64,000 bases of DNA from Seison nebaliae (Eukaryota). The translations under genes and the position numbers were made by a program. Position 1 is the stretch's first letter. Each line of letters starts with the position of its first letter. Below, one piece after another: positions 11,522-26,140 of the stretch. The stretch covers positions 62,001 to 126,000 of the forward strand of contig JALJEE010000145.1 of assembly GCA_023231475.1 (NCBI GenBank), written 5' to 3'. Under the pieces are notes generated by a model that saw only the letters and a list, made by a program, of their open reading frames with translations, made no database searches and was not told the origin of the DNA.

Positions 11522-14500
11522 CTGTCATTGGGAGAAGGAAAAAATGAAGGAGGACGATAAGTAATTAGAATTGGGCGCTGCACATATTCCATACGAATAC
11601 TTAATTCCTGTAATATGACAAAGAAATAGAGACAACTGATAAATTTTAGCAGTTGCAGTAATTTTACCGAAATAATCATGCATGACATATCGATAAACAA
11701 GGAATGAATTCAACAAGAGGCATATGATATAAAAGAGAAGGAGGTTTAAATATAAGAAACTATAAATATGTTGTTATAGTTGGTGGGAAAAAAATTGATT
11801 ATAAGACGACAAGATCAAAATCAAAGTAGAATTATGAGAATGTTATACAAAATTAACATAAAACGAACTTCTGTCAATTTTCGACTAATATTCACAGAAG
11901 GAAAGATGTTGAAGACATCTAATACGTAACTACTATCGAATACTTCACTGCCAACATCAATCTCATTTCATCAATTGGAAGGTAAAACTTTAATGAGTAA
12001 GTTAGATAAGTAACTTGTTAGATATATTTTCAAGATGTACCCAACTAGCTTTGTTAGTTATCGAGATGGATGTGGAAAACTAATAAAATAGAATAGATGA
12101 TTGAATGGATCGAATTACATCGAATACATCATTGTAGAGATGTTGATAGTAAGGAATATGTGGATAGTTGAAAGGTTTCCTCCCAATTATTTTAGACGAA
12201 GGTTAAACAGATGCAACAGACAGCTGGTAATAATGGGTTTGATGAGAGGATGTCATTTTATTTTAAGAAGATTGTGCAGCTGCTTCAATTCTCCTTCGTT
12301 TTCTGATAGGAATCATATAGTGAACGAACACGATAAAGAATATCATCCATTCAATCGCCTCGTCGAATTCTCTTCTGTGAAGATGAAACATTTCCAATAA
12401 TTAAAATTGGAAGAAGAAAAGGAAGGTCATTACCAGTGGAAATGTCGATATGATTAATGCAATCCAACAATACTTACACAACGACCATGCACAAAGGAAT
12501 ATTACCATAACAGATATTCGAAACGTGATTTCCTTAATTATTTTCCTTTCTTTCTTCCTCTTGACGATGGAAATCAAATATTTTCATCAACACATCACTC
12601 TTAATAATGTCTCTCTTATTGTATATGGTGTGTGACGCATACATATGAATTATTACAATATTATGCAACATCAGCAACAATTTTTAAAAATCAGTAGTTG
12701 CACTTATGTTTAATATCTAATTCGAAGGAAATAAATATATCAGAATTTGTATATTAAATTCATATAAACATCATCTTCTCTCAATTAGATCATAAAAAGA
12801 AGAAATGAATGAATAGATGAATGAATGAATAAAAATGGTGAAAATTGAATGAATGAAGTGGAATGATGAAAAATTAATTTTCATTTAAAATGAATACCAT
12901 GACTATGATTACCTTAGATACTGGGAGAACTGTTGGATATGCCATTACATGATATCATTAGAATTATGATTAATTTAAAGAAGAAATGACAAAGGACAAA
13001 AATCGGCATATCTTATACAGACACTAGATCGACATGTTTATGAAAGTAAGGAAAAATATTTGATGGAAACGTCATCGGAATAAAAGGAGAATTATCAGAG
13101 AAAAGAAGGAAACAGAAGTTTAAGAAAAAAAATTGGTAAATCGTCACCATGATGAAACAATATTTAATTTCATGTAAAGTGAGTATAATAGTGTGTTGTA
13201 CAATCGGAGAATTGTTGAATGTCGTTTTAAATTAATATGTTTCTACTTGCTGATCAAATGCATTTGACTGATAAGTGGAGCGCTAGTGGCCACTATATGT
13301 ATATTCAGTGGAATGGACGGGAATAGAAATACGGATGGAGAATATACGATTTAGAAGTAAATGAATGAAGGAAAATAAATGGGGAAATGAACAATCGTGC
13401 GTAAGAAAGAGAGTGATAAAAGGGAAGGTAAGGAGAAATCGTATATGGAAAATGGTGAAGGACATCACATGATACGTTACAGTAAAATTTAACGAATGGT
13501 CAATCCTTTCACATTTATTTCCCCCTTTTTTCCTTCTGATAATGTTCAATGTTACGCCATCATTCTCTCTGTTATTCTTCGCCCTTTCATTCTCTTTCCA
13601 TTCTGCTGAGAATTTGTTATCTCTCCAATTAATTGTTGCCTCTACACTGTGGAGGTTATTTGAACTGTTTTGGAAGAAATAAAGTTTGAAGGAAAAAATG
13701 ATGTTGGAAATGATAATGTTGTCCACCTCCTATTAGGTACCCAAGTATCCCATGAGTCGATAATTGTTGTATACATGAAAATATACAGATGTCCAATTTC
13801 TTATTCGATGTTTAAGAGGAGAAATATAAGGGACCTCGTCTAGAATAAATTCGTATATATTTTCTTCAATCGTTATTTCATTACTGGTTATTCATCGAAC
13901 TGGACCAAACTTGAATTGCTACGATTAGAACTCATTTTTTTAGAGAAAAAATCATTAACAATATTTTACTGTGACTATGGCGACATAAAGACGATTGTTC
14001 GTGATATAAAATAAAATAGTATTTATAACCAAGAAATTTGGAGATTGGAAAGTGGACTTATTTAAAACTATGATTCATTTCAGTTTCTAATCATATGATA
14101 AGTATGAAGCGTATACGTTAAAACAAAAAAATATGAGACGAGACCGTCCAACTGAACATGCCATATCTGATGGTAAAAGATCCAAGAAATGTAGCCCAAA
14201 GGGAGAAGCCTTCGTTAGTTCGTCTTGATCGTATACATTATGAATATTGTTTGATATTTTCTAGGACATACATATGTAGCAACTTCTTTTAGCTTCCTCA
14301 TTCACGACATAGAAGAACGATAAATAAACTTGTGTTAAAGTAGGAAACTCACGACAGAATGAAGATTACTACTATAAGTTTTCGGTAGTAAAAAAACAGG
14401 ATGAAGATAGGTCTAGTTTTCTCAATGTTTGAACATTCTTTGTATATATTGAGAGTCGAAGAAGAAAGAAAACCGATTAGGAGGAAGAAGGGAAATTTCT

Positions 14501-16948
14501 GTACATTGCATAACGAGTGTCCATAATCATTAGAAAGAAAAGATGATCATTGAAGGTGAAATAGGATGTAGAAAATAGCCAACATTCTGCCTTCTGTCCA
14601 ACTATCATCCCACCCACCTCACTTCACCTTGATGTTAATCGATTTCATATAAATAATGTAGATGAATATTTATCTGAACTATAACTATCATCTGCATCAA
14701 ACTGTTGCAGATGATGACAATACACGACCATCACAATGAGCATCACAAATAACTAATGAAGAAATCTAAAATATTTATTACGTCAACATACATAATGGAA
14801 GAACGATAGAAAGCTATTTTAAAACATAAGAATCATCAAGTCTCTCCTTATTGATATTATAGAATATTGGAATAGAAAGAAGGTTATTTTTTTGTTGGAA
14901 GAAAAAATGAGTTTGATGAAAATATATGCAGCATATTTTTCAGTTGTTTAGTTCGTTCAAGCTGGAATAGAAGTTACAAAACAAATTCCATCTGCAACGT
15001 TTACATTCTTACAGAATTGCGCCATTGCTTTGCACTTATAAAATTTACAGTCGATGTATCGCTTAAATTACTAATATCGAATTGATATTATCGATTAAAT
15101 ATAATTGGGATGAATTGAATGAAATTTCATGAAAATTCTCAAATGTCCAGATATGCTTGAAACATTACAGAGTATGACTTGGCAAATGAATCATATTGAA
15201 ATGAAGTATGAAACTATTCCCCGTTGCTTGTTGTCATTATTTGTCAATGAGAATAATAGAAATAATTCTATAAAATGTTACTTCCTTTTTTCAATTATAT
15301 CATCGCCATCACCAATGGACAGTGTTCTGTGATTTCTTTTCATTCCTCCGAAGTCTCTTTGTCGACGATATACTTGAAATATTTGGTTGCGTGCTTATAT
15401 ATCGTGTATGTGTGTACGTATAGTTAATGTAGTGACTGTATTATGTATGATATGTTAAGACTAAAGATAGTTAAGAACGTACACGTATATTGCGTATGAC
15501 AAGTAGGAGCAATATGTATACAAATACATATGCCCCCTTGCCGACCGACGCATAGAGGACCTTCACTACTCTTCATATAACGTTATGAAGGACTCTTCTA
15601 AGCAATTAAGTAGAAGAAGGAGAAATGAAGATAATGAAGAATAACGAGAGAATTGTATAATAAAACGAAATTCTTTGTAAGAAGGGAAAACTGTTAAAAT
15701 AATTGGGAAACGAATACAACTGGCAACCAGATGGCTCTCATACGGGTATTTCTCTATTTATATCGAATGATTATAGCCCATCTGTCGCTATGATCTTTTA
15801 TTCATCTTCCTCTCATATTATTAATAGTAGTCATGATAACAAGAGGAATATTTAATTCTTTTTGGTAATTATTCCTTTTCATTATATCCAGAAGAATGTT
15901 TAGAAAACACAAATGAATCAATAAGAAATTTAACTGAAATTTGAGAGGAACATTCACTCCTTGAAAAGAACTCTCTGAACTCACAAATTTTATTGCGTGT
16001 CCACCATCATGTCATGCAGGAAGCATATGTCATTTACTTCTTCAATTACATAGCAATATCGATCTCGTTAATGTTCTCCAAAACCATTCTTCTTCGTGAC
16101 GATGATGATTTATGAATATTGCTTATTCTTTCCAATAATCTTCATCGTCTTTCTCTCTCGTCATTCGATTATTCTGACTCCCAAACAATATTTCTCATAT
16201 TACGCACAATATCAACAGCAATTATATATATATATATATATATATTTTAGTTATATAAGCGAGCAACTGTCTCCGGGTCAACTATTCAAGGTTCCAACAT
16301 TATACAGTCACTGCACAACTGATATTATTTGACCATCATATGTAACATCTACATCGTTTCTCTCTTTGTCTCATTGTGATAGTGCTTTCTGTTTGACATG
16401 TTCATAGACGAAATATTTTCTCCCCTAATCTCACTACTTACACAATACGTACGACATAACAACTGTTTATCTTTTGAAATCGCTTTGTCCTCCATCTCAA
16501 ACGACGGGACATTCCTTACCTATTATTATCAGATTAGTATATTATTATCCTATTATAATTAATTGATTTAATCATTGAATGATTGATAATATCAATTGAT
16601 CATAACAACTTCATTGAATGAAATTCATAACAACTCAAATTGAAATTATCTACAAACATCTAAATATTATACTTATTTTAGACTCAAAATTAAATGAATC
16701 AATTTATTGAATATAAATTCTCCACCGTACAACGGCAAACATATTTTTTCATTTGGAAAATATTTGTTTGTTTTCTTTCCATGTCTCTCCTATTAGACAT
16801 CAACTAAACTATCCAATAAGTACAGACGGAAAGATACGAAGCAAGAAAATGGAAAGAATTATTAATAATGAACTTTTATTCAAAAATTTTTTTATTTAAT
16901 GTTTATTTTCCTTCGTCGAACTGGTTGGATGTCTAACTGATGTCTAGA

Positions 16949-19207
16949 CTAATTTGTTTCTCCGTTCACCAAATTATGAATACCGCGTAAATAAGATGTA
17001 GGTAACGTAGTACAATGAGAACTATCGAAATCCATAACGTATTCATCCATTACCTTATAACTGAGGATAGTATTCTCGTCTACATTTGATGAATAAAGAA
17101 AAGATTTGAAGAAAACGAATAATAAAAGAAACTTGTTTGTAATTCTAGAGCATAAGGGAAATCTGTTGCTTGTCGTAAATCTTTCCATATTTTCTCATTC
17201 TTTGTTGTAGACAACCATCTTTGAACTTCTTCTTTACTTTTCATATCGTCTTTAATGGGACGATTCTGCCACATTAACAAGAAATTTGTCGTATTATTGA
17301 ATATCGAAGGAAATCGATAATTTAACATATCGTCAACTAATGGATTAGTTTGATTAGCTGTTAACAATCCAGGTTTCAATGAGAGAATCTCATCACTAAG
17401 TCGTCGAATGAAAAATATCGGTCCTTTATAACTTGAATGAAAATTAAAATGAGATTATTAAAAATTAAGCGAAAAAAAAACCATATAAGTAATTCAGTAT
17501 TATTCAAATTATAATATTGTCTGATTGCTTTGGTAACTATTTCTTTGAGATTGGGTGGCATCACTTGTAAGGCTAACGGTAAAATATCTTGAAAAGGAGC
17601 GTCTAATGTCAAAGAAGGAATTGCAGGATAAAAAGCGGCTGCATAAGATGCCAAATAGCCACCAATTGACCAAGATAAAATATGAATTTTCTCAATAGGA
17701 AATTCCAATTTGAAAAGTGCAAAATTCATTATGGAATCCATACTATTCCACAAATATTCCATTGTTGGAATGCCCTGAAAATTAAATTGAGATTTTCAAC
17801 AAATACAAATGAATTAACTGTACTATCAGCGAAACCCGGATAATTGAATCCCAATATCGAGAATTGGGTGAGGAGAGCAGTATTGTTAAATATTCCTACT
17901 TCATAAAATCCCGAATTACCTTCGATACAAATCATCTATTAAAATTAAATTTGAAAACGGAAAATTTATTGAGAATCGAACTAAATGAGATCCCCGTGGA
18001 GAATCATTCCGTCGATCGACGAACATACAATCCAAATTAATTGGTTTTATTTTCTTTTCTGTGACTAGACATTCCTGAAATGTTTTCAATCGAAAGCGAT
18101 TTGCTGATTCATTCGCCATTAAAATTGCCGTCCGATTTGCGATTATTTGAGAATCTGGAAAATTCCATAATAAATTTTATTTTTCTTTAATAAGAATTAA
18201 CTGGCAACATAATTTGTCACTTTTAACGATCCTGGAAATATCATTCGTCTCCCAACAATATGTGCAATTAAATATCTGGAAATTTCATAAAACTTCTCTA
18301 ATAATTTACAATAAATCCAACGAAATAATCGACTTATCTTGTGAGTTCTGTGCATGTAATTGGCATTTTGTTGATGGTATCCGATATCTTCAATAATTCT
18401 CATAAAAATCTTCTCATTAAATAATAAAAAAGAACTTTTTAATTCTCTCCATCGAAATATCGTTCACATCATCAGTATGTGGTTCGTATTTCATTTCATA
18501 ATTATACGAACGAATTCGATTCTATAAAAAATTATGAAATTCTTCTTTCCAATTTAATTGAAACTTCAGTCGTTAGAAAATCACAATAATCTTTGTTGAG
18601 ACATCTGAATAATCCTGAAATTGTTCCAGTTGATGATTAAGAATTTGAAAAATAAAAATTTTGAACCTTGAAGAATTGTAGCGAGTGTTTTAAGAGCACG
18701 AATCACAATGAAATATGAGCAAATTGAATCTGAAAAATATGAATTTTTTTAATCATTCTAATGAAAATTGAACTTCCGCCTTGAGTGGATAGATAACCGT
18801 CGGAAACATGTAGTACACCAATCATAAGAAATGATGGAAAAAGACTTACGTCTCTTACATATCGTTTGAAGAAAACTAATTAAGCAATTCAAAATAAAAA
18901 TAATAAAAAAGTAAAATAAACGAATGAAATCTGTGTAGAATAAGATTAATGTTGCGAAATTGGTGAAGTAGAAGAGATCTGGTGATACCGAAACCATTTC
19001 TATTAAGAAAAGTCAATAATTCGTTAAGTTGAGAAGAAAGTTTTCTCTAACCTTTTAGAACCAAAATGGAATTGACAAACGAATAGAGTCGTATGGATGT
19101 CCGATCAAGAGAAGAGACCTTCGAGAAAATTAAAATTTTATACAATTTTCTTTAAAGTGGAAAACCATTCTGATGAAAGTGGATGTGATGGTCTCCCCGA
19201 ACGACAT
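16949..19207 (-). CDS. ABHD16A: Phosphatidylserine lipase ABHD16A/BAT5 (about 12 exons)
   Basis: 'AHIVGRRMIFPGS', 'DCMFVDRR', 'ICIEGNSGFYEVG', 'GFNYPGFADSTG', nucleophile 'WSIGG', 'LDAPFQDILPLALQVMP' and catalytic 'HCTTLP'. Eleven GTT..AG introns give a continuous frame; the 5' exons are less certain. Confidence 0.9.
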
Positions 19208-20305
19208 GACATACGTCTTTTCATCCTTCCAAGATAAAGTACGGTCAACTAATCAAACTATTAATTGGGAACTTTATTTTTCGTAATTTTCGAATGGACG
19301 ATCGGGCCTACCAAAAACTCTTTTATCAAATTCAACATTTCCGATTTAATTTAATCGAACCGAATCACTAACAAACGAGCATAGTTTCCCAAAATAAATA
19401 TTAAAAGAAATTTAATTTAATCAATATCAATAGAAGGCCATCATCACGAAAGAGAAAATGTGGAAATTTTTAATTTTGAATGATAAGAAGGAATTTAAAA
19501 ATTTTCAAATTTAGCTTAATTTGAAGTAAGGACAATTGCTTAAGAATTTGAAAAGGAATTAACAAGAAATAATAACTAAATAAAACTAAAATTTTAAATA
19601 TTTTGTTTTCAAAATTTGTTTTCAAGCAAAACAATTTAAGAAATTTCATTCTAAAAATTATTTTCTACAATTTTTTTACATAGAAATATTTTCTGATTTT
19701 ATCATAATACCTGGAAATTGATAATATGAGTGAAGTAAATAATAATTTATTTCTCGCATTATTCATCAGTAGCTTGAGAATAAAATGATTTATTGGAATT
19801 ATGATGGAAATAGAAATACACTGAGAATGAAATAAAAGTTATGCGTGTGATGTTGGTGCCGTTGGAGAATCTTCACCGAGAAACGAGTGGAAGATTGAAA
19901 TAGGAGAGAATTCTCAATAATAATTCAACGCATTGAATCACATGTGATTGGTGAGTCATTTAATATGGAGTAATAATTAGTGTCAATTGTTAAAATGATA
20001 ATAGTCAATATATTTACGTAGACCAAATATATTACGTGTATTTATGTGTCTAGATTTTGATGGAATTAGAAGAAAAAAATAGAACATAATATTATGGGAG
20101 ATACAAATATCATTATGCAAGCACAAAAACCTGACTCAAAGTCACCTGTGCTTGAACGCGATGGAGAAGATGATGATGAAGATGATAATGAATAAATATT
20201 TAGTAATTAAATATGAATTTACTTTAATAAATAATTTAAGATCTTTCTATCTTCGCTTCATTAAAACGATGGAATTTTAGAGAATATATAATCGGATTAT
20301 ATATT

Positions 20306-22808
20306 TCAATTTGACGAATAGATCTGCTCGACAATCCGCTTTATTTCGTGAGGATTCTGATAAAGTTTCTGGCCATCAATTGGAGAAATTTTCGATACAT
20401 AGAGGCGAATCTTATTCATCCATTGTTGTTCGTCCATATCATTCAATCTCTTTCCTTTCATTACTGTCATGATCTTCTCACACAACAAATCAATCCAATG
20501 TTCATTCTTCACTTCATAACCGTTTGGAATGGGATTAACATTTCCTGATGGGAATGCTGGCATTAGAATTCCTGGTTGCGGTTGTTGATTGGATTGGATC
20601 GCAGCATTTATTTGTTGTGGTTGAGATGTTGGTGGCTGAGTCATTGGTTGGCCATGTGTCATAGGTTGGATATACATCATTGGTGCTCCATTATCTATTG
20701 ATGGAAATTAAATGAAATTGAAGTAGGAAAAGAAATTAACAATTCCTTACACGGTTCGGATTTAGATGTGAGTGAACATAAGGAAAGTTCGAATGGAAGT
20801 TTGGTGGCTGTCCATTGTTGGGTTGTGTGCCTGTGGATTGTGGATGAACGGAACTGTTCGTCGTATATGAATTAGCGATTGGTGGACCTAAATATTTTGA
20901 ATTATGTATTGATCTTGCTAATATTTTGTATTGGAAATAATTGAGATGAAAAAGTTTGTTTTGAAATAAAATAAAATAATAATAGAAATAATAGAAATTA
21001 TAGAAAAGAAATAAATTAATTGATAAATAATTAAAAATAAAAAATAAATTACTAACTAATTAATCGATGAGGATACATGTAGTTGTGGAACATGTTTGGT
21101 GGAATAAAATTCGGGTACATAGAGAGCATGTTACCATTCGTTCCATTTGTATTAACATTGTTTGTCGGTTGTTCCGTAATTGCATTCGAATTGCGTTCAT
21201 TCTCCAAATTATTTCCTGATGTCGTTCGTTTTCCATATAATTGTTCCTTTGATTGAGCTAATGCCACTTGGATGTCTTTATTCATAATTTGCAAATTGGG
21301 TTGATTCAAAACCAACGAGGCGACATCTTTGTCCGCAAACCGGACAAAACCGTAACCACGAGAAGTACCATCCGAAGCATAAACTACTTTCACCGATTCG
21401 ACTTTTCCAAATTTCGAGAATTGTTCCTTTAAGATTTCTTTATTGACATTCGGATCCAATTTGCATACGTACAAATTGACACCATTATGTTGAACGTTTC
21501 GATCGTGACGGAAAACTTCAAATTTCTCTTTCAACATTTTCTCACGTTCTGCTTTCTTTTGAGCGGGACCAACATATAATTTCTTCTCTACAACATCGAT
21601 TTGTCTCGGGTCATTATCATTCGATTCGATCGCATTATTCATCGCGTCACCACTTTCCTTATTGTTCACTTTACCATCATCACTCATCAGCTTTGCAGGA
21701 AAGGATATTTGAATTGGAGTATCATTCATTTCTTCCACTGCTTTAGCTGCCGATTCTGCATTTTGATAACAGACGAAACCGAAACCTTTTGATTTACCGT
21801 TAGAATCTTGTTCAACTTTCGCACTGATAATCGGACCAAATTTCCCAAATATCGATTTTAAATCATTCGATGTGTAATGATCATAGAAATTTTTGATATA
21901 AATATTATTGAAAGTTGAAGTCGTTCCTAAACGTTCACGTCTCTTCTCCCGATTTTCGAATGGACATAAACGAACACGTGATGAATCAATCACTTTTCCA
22001 TCGACATTAGCGATCACTGATTTCGCAACATCTTCTGATTCGTAATGAATGAATCCATATCCTTTCGAATTACCCTTGTCATCCACCATTACTCGACAAC
22101 TTAAAATTCTGCCAAATCGATTGAATGTATGATATATTTCCTTACTTGTCGTTTTTTTGGAAAGATTCTTTATGAAAATATTTCCCGCTCCTGATTTCCT
22201 CAACGTTGCATCTGATTGAGCCCACATAATTCTGATACATCGATTATTTAATCGTTCGAAATTACATTTTTCCATCGCAATTTCAGCTAGAAAAAGAGAA
22301 TAATGAAAAATATTCCATGAGGAAGTTACTCACCTTCTGATACTTTCTCGAAATTAACAAATGCATATCCCAATGAATTCTTTGTATTACTATCGCGACA
22401 TAGACGTACCGATTTGATCACACCGAATTTACCGAAAAGATTGAAAAGTTCAGCCTCCTGTATTCGATGATCCAAATTACCAACATACAGGGAGGCTGTT
22501 ACTTTTCCATGGAGAGCGGAAGCAATGTTCGGTGGGATCATGTTATGTGCGGAGGATTCATGAGAATTTAACATTTGAGATGTTGGATTTGGATCATCGA
22601 CGAGAGTGTTCGTTGTATCCTGTTCATCCGACGACGATTGTATCGAGTTCGCTAAATCATCAGTAACGTTGTGAGTGGAATCGTTGATGGAGTCGGGTCC
22701 ATTTGTCGTGTCTTCTGTAGGAGATGATACCGATATGATCGCAGATTCGCTGACGCCGTCGCCAATGTCGTGCGATATCGGCGACATTCTACTCAATGTC
22801 GATGTCAT
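20306..22808 (-). CDS. PABPC: Cytoplasmic poly(A)-binding protein-like, 4 RRMs, divergent C-terminus (4 exons)
   Basis: RRM1 'ASLYVGNL..SLGYAFVNF', linker 'IRIMWAQSDATLRKSGAGNIFIKNL', RRM3 'FNNIYIKNF..SKGFGFVCY', 'LYVGPAQKKAERE', RRM4 'GVNLYV..VALAQSKE', then a P/Q/N-rich linker. Confidence 0.88.
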
Positions 22809-25112
22809 GTCTGAAAAATAAGAAAAATAAAATGTTAATAAAGAAATGAAAGAAAGAGAAAAGAAAGGAAAGAAAGTATTGGAAGAGTAGCGATATAATG
22901 AGAAAGTAACAAGAAGAAAAGTAACTTTATGTTAGGAATTGTTAGATAAGAGATTTCATAAAGATACCAGAAGTGGTAGATCGCATAGAATGAAAGAAGG
23001 GGAAGAAAAATGAAGACGAGAAGTAATAGGTTGGAGGGAAGTGGAGATAATGGAGGATGAAATTTTTTTCTATTTTTCAAAATGAAATATAAAACTCGAA
23101 AAATCTTTTATTGCGCTACAGTTTTTATAGGCAAATGTCGATAAACATATTGAACGACTCAATTTCTTACACGTCAACTAGTAGACCTCGTACCGAAAGT
23201 TGATTCGTCAACCGTCGAAATTCTCAATTTGGAATTGATGATATTTTTATTTTTAAATTTTTCGATTCGTTCCTACTCCCTTCTCATCATTCCATTGTTG
23301 ATTCGACTTTTTTTTTACTTTTTCATTTTAAATTGATTCCTCATTTTTCCCTTACTCTTTAATTTTATTCCCGTAAGAAATGATCAATTATAATTTCATA
23401 TGATTGCATGAAGGTCAATAGTCGACTTCCTCTCAACTACCTCTTGGCAATTTCTTCTCAGCAATTTCTTCCTAGTACATCACAGGCACATTGACATCTT
23501 ATTATAATTGATGATAAATCAATAGTTACAAATAAATTCTTTAAAAAATCCAACGTGACTTAATTATATACCTCTTCGTACATCTTCAAAAAAGAATAAT
23601 ATCATAAGGAATAAGAATAATCTGAATTACTCATAGGACATTTATGCATAGGAAAGGACCTAAGTACTTTCATTCTTTCTGTTAAACTAACTGACTGAGT
23701 GAATGACTGACAATGACACTTTGTTCCTAATAGAAAAACAGAAAACATGAAAACTTTACTATGCTACAGCTATTATTGCTTTTGTCGTCTTCGCCCTGAT
23801 ATTTCTGTCAAGGAAAAAACGTACAAAATAATCAGTAGGTCCACTCAAATAATCAATATTACTAAAGATACACATCTCCCCCACTACGACTGTATCATGT
23901 CAGATAAGTAATCTCGCACTGGAAATTAGTTACACATCTAATATTCTAAAAGAATCTTTAAAATAATGGAAGGAAATTGAGAGGAATTATTATACATAAA
24001 CATGATATATATATATATATATGTATTCTTTCAGGATTCATATTAATAAATTGAGGTGTCTACACTACTCATCATGGGAATGTAAGAGAAAATTAATATA
24101 TGAAAACTTTCATTATGTTTCCCCAATTCCTATTGGTTCGTATTACGTGATATTACATAACTTATTTCTTATTCATTCATGTAGTCGTGGAAAAATAACA
24201 TTACATAATGTCAAATTAAAGTGTAATAAATAATTGTTTCTTGAAAGTAGGAAGATGTCGAACTTCCGTGTCTTCGTTTTGATACGATTCGAACACCTTA
24301 TTCAACTTTACTAACAACAATTTCTAACTAAACTTACAGAACGATTGTGGTCATTTCAGTGCTGAATGCAAATGTCGAGGCGAATGTAAAAACAATACCA
24401 ATTAAGCAAATATTCCTGTTAACCATGTGAAAAACGGGAGTGCACGAATTTAACTTAAATTTTAATAATAATTATAAATGAATATTTTAAAATTTTGAAT
24501 TTATTCTCCGCTCATTAAGGTGTGTTGGGGGAGGAGTGAGGAAATTTCAAAGAGATAATTCTTTCAAATATTTCACATTGTTTATATCAGAGCAATTTAT
24601 TAGATTATAACCAAAAAAAATTACAATGTTTTTCTTTTTCATGTGAATTATCAATTCCATAAAATTTCTTTCTCATGTAATCTAAAATTTCTCTTTGTGA
24701 ATTATGGTGTGGCAAGAATAATGTATTTTCTTTCAACATTAATCTTTTAATAAATAAGAGAATTGTTTTACATGAATTGCTATTCTCCAATGCACACCTA
24801 CGCATCTTCTTAACATATATCTTACATTATCAACAGACTCATTAATGCACGTATATATTTTGTGTGCATATAGAAATCCCATTTTACTCTAAATATATTC
24901 CAATTTATATTTATTTGTCTTTTCCCAATTTTACGTCGACTACTACGAACTACCATCACCGCTACCATAGAAGATTTTGGTTATCTGTATGTATTCCTCT
25001 GAAAAAGAAAAAGAAACAGAAGGAGAAATGATATATTAGGAGGAATAATAAGGAAGAAAATGAAAACTTTAAGCATTATATTTCAATCGCACACATACAC
25101 CACTCCCACCCG

Positions 25113-25138
25113 CACACACACACACACACACACACACA
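25113..25138. repeat. (CA)n microsatellite
   Basis: Uninterrupted CA dinucleotide run. Confidence 0.95.
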
Positions 25139-26140
25139 TACCCACACAGATATATTATCAGTTCTACCGGAACGAGTATCATTATTATCTTAAATTTGCT
25201 GAAAGTTTTCATCAATTTTCTCATCATCATTCCCGTTCATTTCCAGCCGAAATATTAAGAGAATTCCAGAAGAAAAATAAAGACATCTTTTTAAAAATTT
25301 AGTTCAACAATTCACTTAAATAAATTTATTATTTCTTTCTCTCCAATATTTACATTCGAATGTTTCTTAATTCACAAAAACAAAATTCCGCTTTCGTGAT
25401 ATTTCTCTTCATGTTCGACATACGAGTTAAATGAAAGAGACATGGATTTTATGTCGATTCTGGTAAATTGGGAAAGATGTCCCAATTATTCACAATATTT
25501 ATTCATTGAATAATTGAGAGTGATCATTTCTGATATTCTTATGAGAAACGAATTAAATTCAATTCTTAAAAATCTTTATTGGTAATTCATTGAATCATTT
25601 AAGAATAAGTGAATTAAAAACGATTTGCTGATAAACAAATAGTCATGAAATTGTACTTGTTTCTATATTCCTACCTAATTCGAAGAATTGCCTTTAGAAT
25701 CGACGTGAGTAAAATATATTAATAGTTTCACCCTTCTTAAAAGGATTTTATCAGTTGAATGAAATGGAATAAAAAAGGAGAAAAGAAAACATCGGAAATA
25801 ATAAGAGTTTTCAAAAGGAATTTTCGTTGAATTAATAATAATAAATCTTAATTATACTTCAAATTTAACCATGTCATGCATTCATCCAACAATATTGCCC
25901 TTGAGAGAGAATGTGTAATATAAATAACAAAACATAGCCAATCCACTTCTCCGATTTCATTCTGATACAAATTCTTCCACATACTTCATTCAATTAACAA
26001 TTATTCTAATACTTATCGTTGCAACTTATTGAAAATTCTCATTGAATCAAATCAACAATTTTTTTCTAATCGAATAAGAAAATTTCTAAAAAATAATCAG
26101 ACAATTATGGATATCAAACGTTTCTTCTAATCATTTAGAA

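Noticed and set aside
14347..14359. 13-nt match (TTCTGTCGTGAGT, minus strand) to the recalled 5' region of U11 snRNA
   Set aside because: The U11 5' AAAAAGGG motif and a correctly placed Sm site are missing; probably a chance match.
15554..15600. Imperfect hairpin around CTTCATATAACGTTATGAAG
   Set aside because: The stem is short and AT-rich, and no RNA family features were recognised.
11518..16332. Short ORFs in the AP-4 upstream region (e.g. 12101-12400, 13283-13726, 15129-15332)
   Set aside because: No motifs, composition typical of translated AT-rich non-coding DNA, and several lack ATG starts.
24976..24990. miR-9-like string TTTGGTTATCT (and miR-1-like GGAATGTAA near 24077)
   Set aside because: The matches are partial, with no convincing precursor hairpin or star arm.
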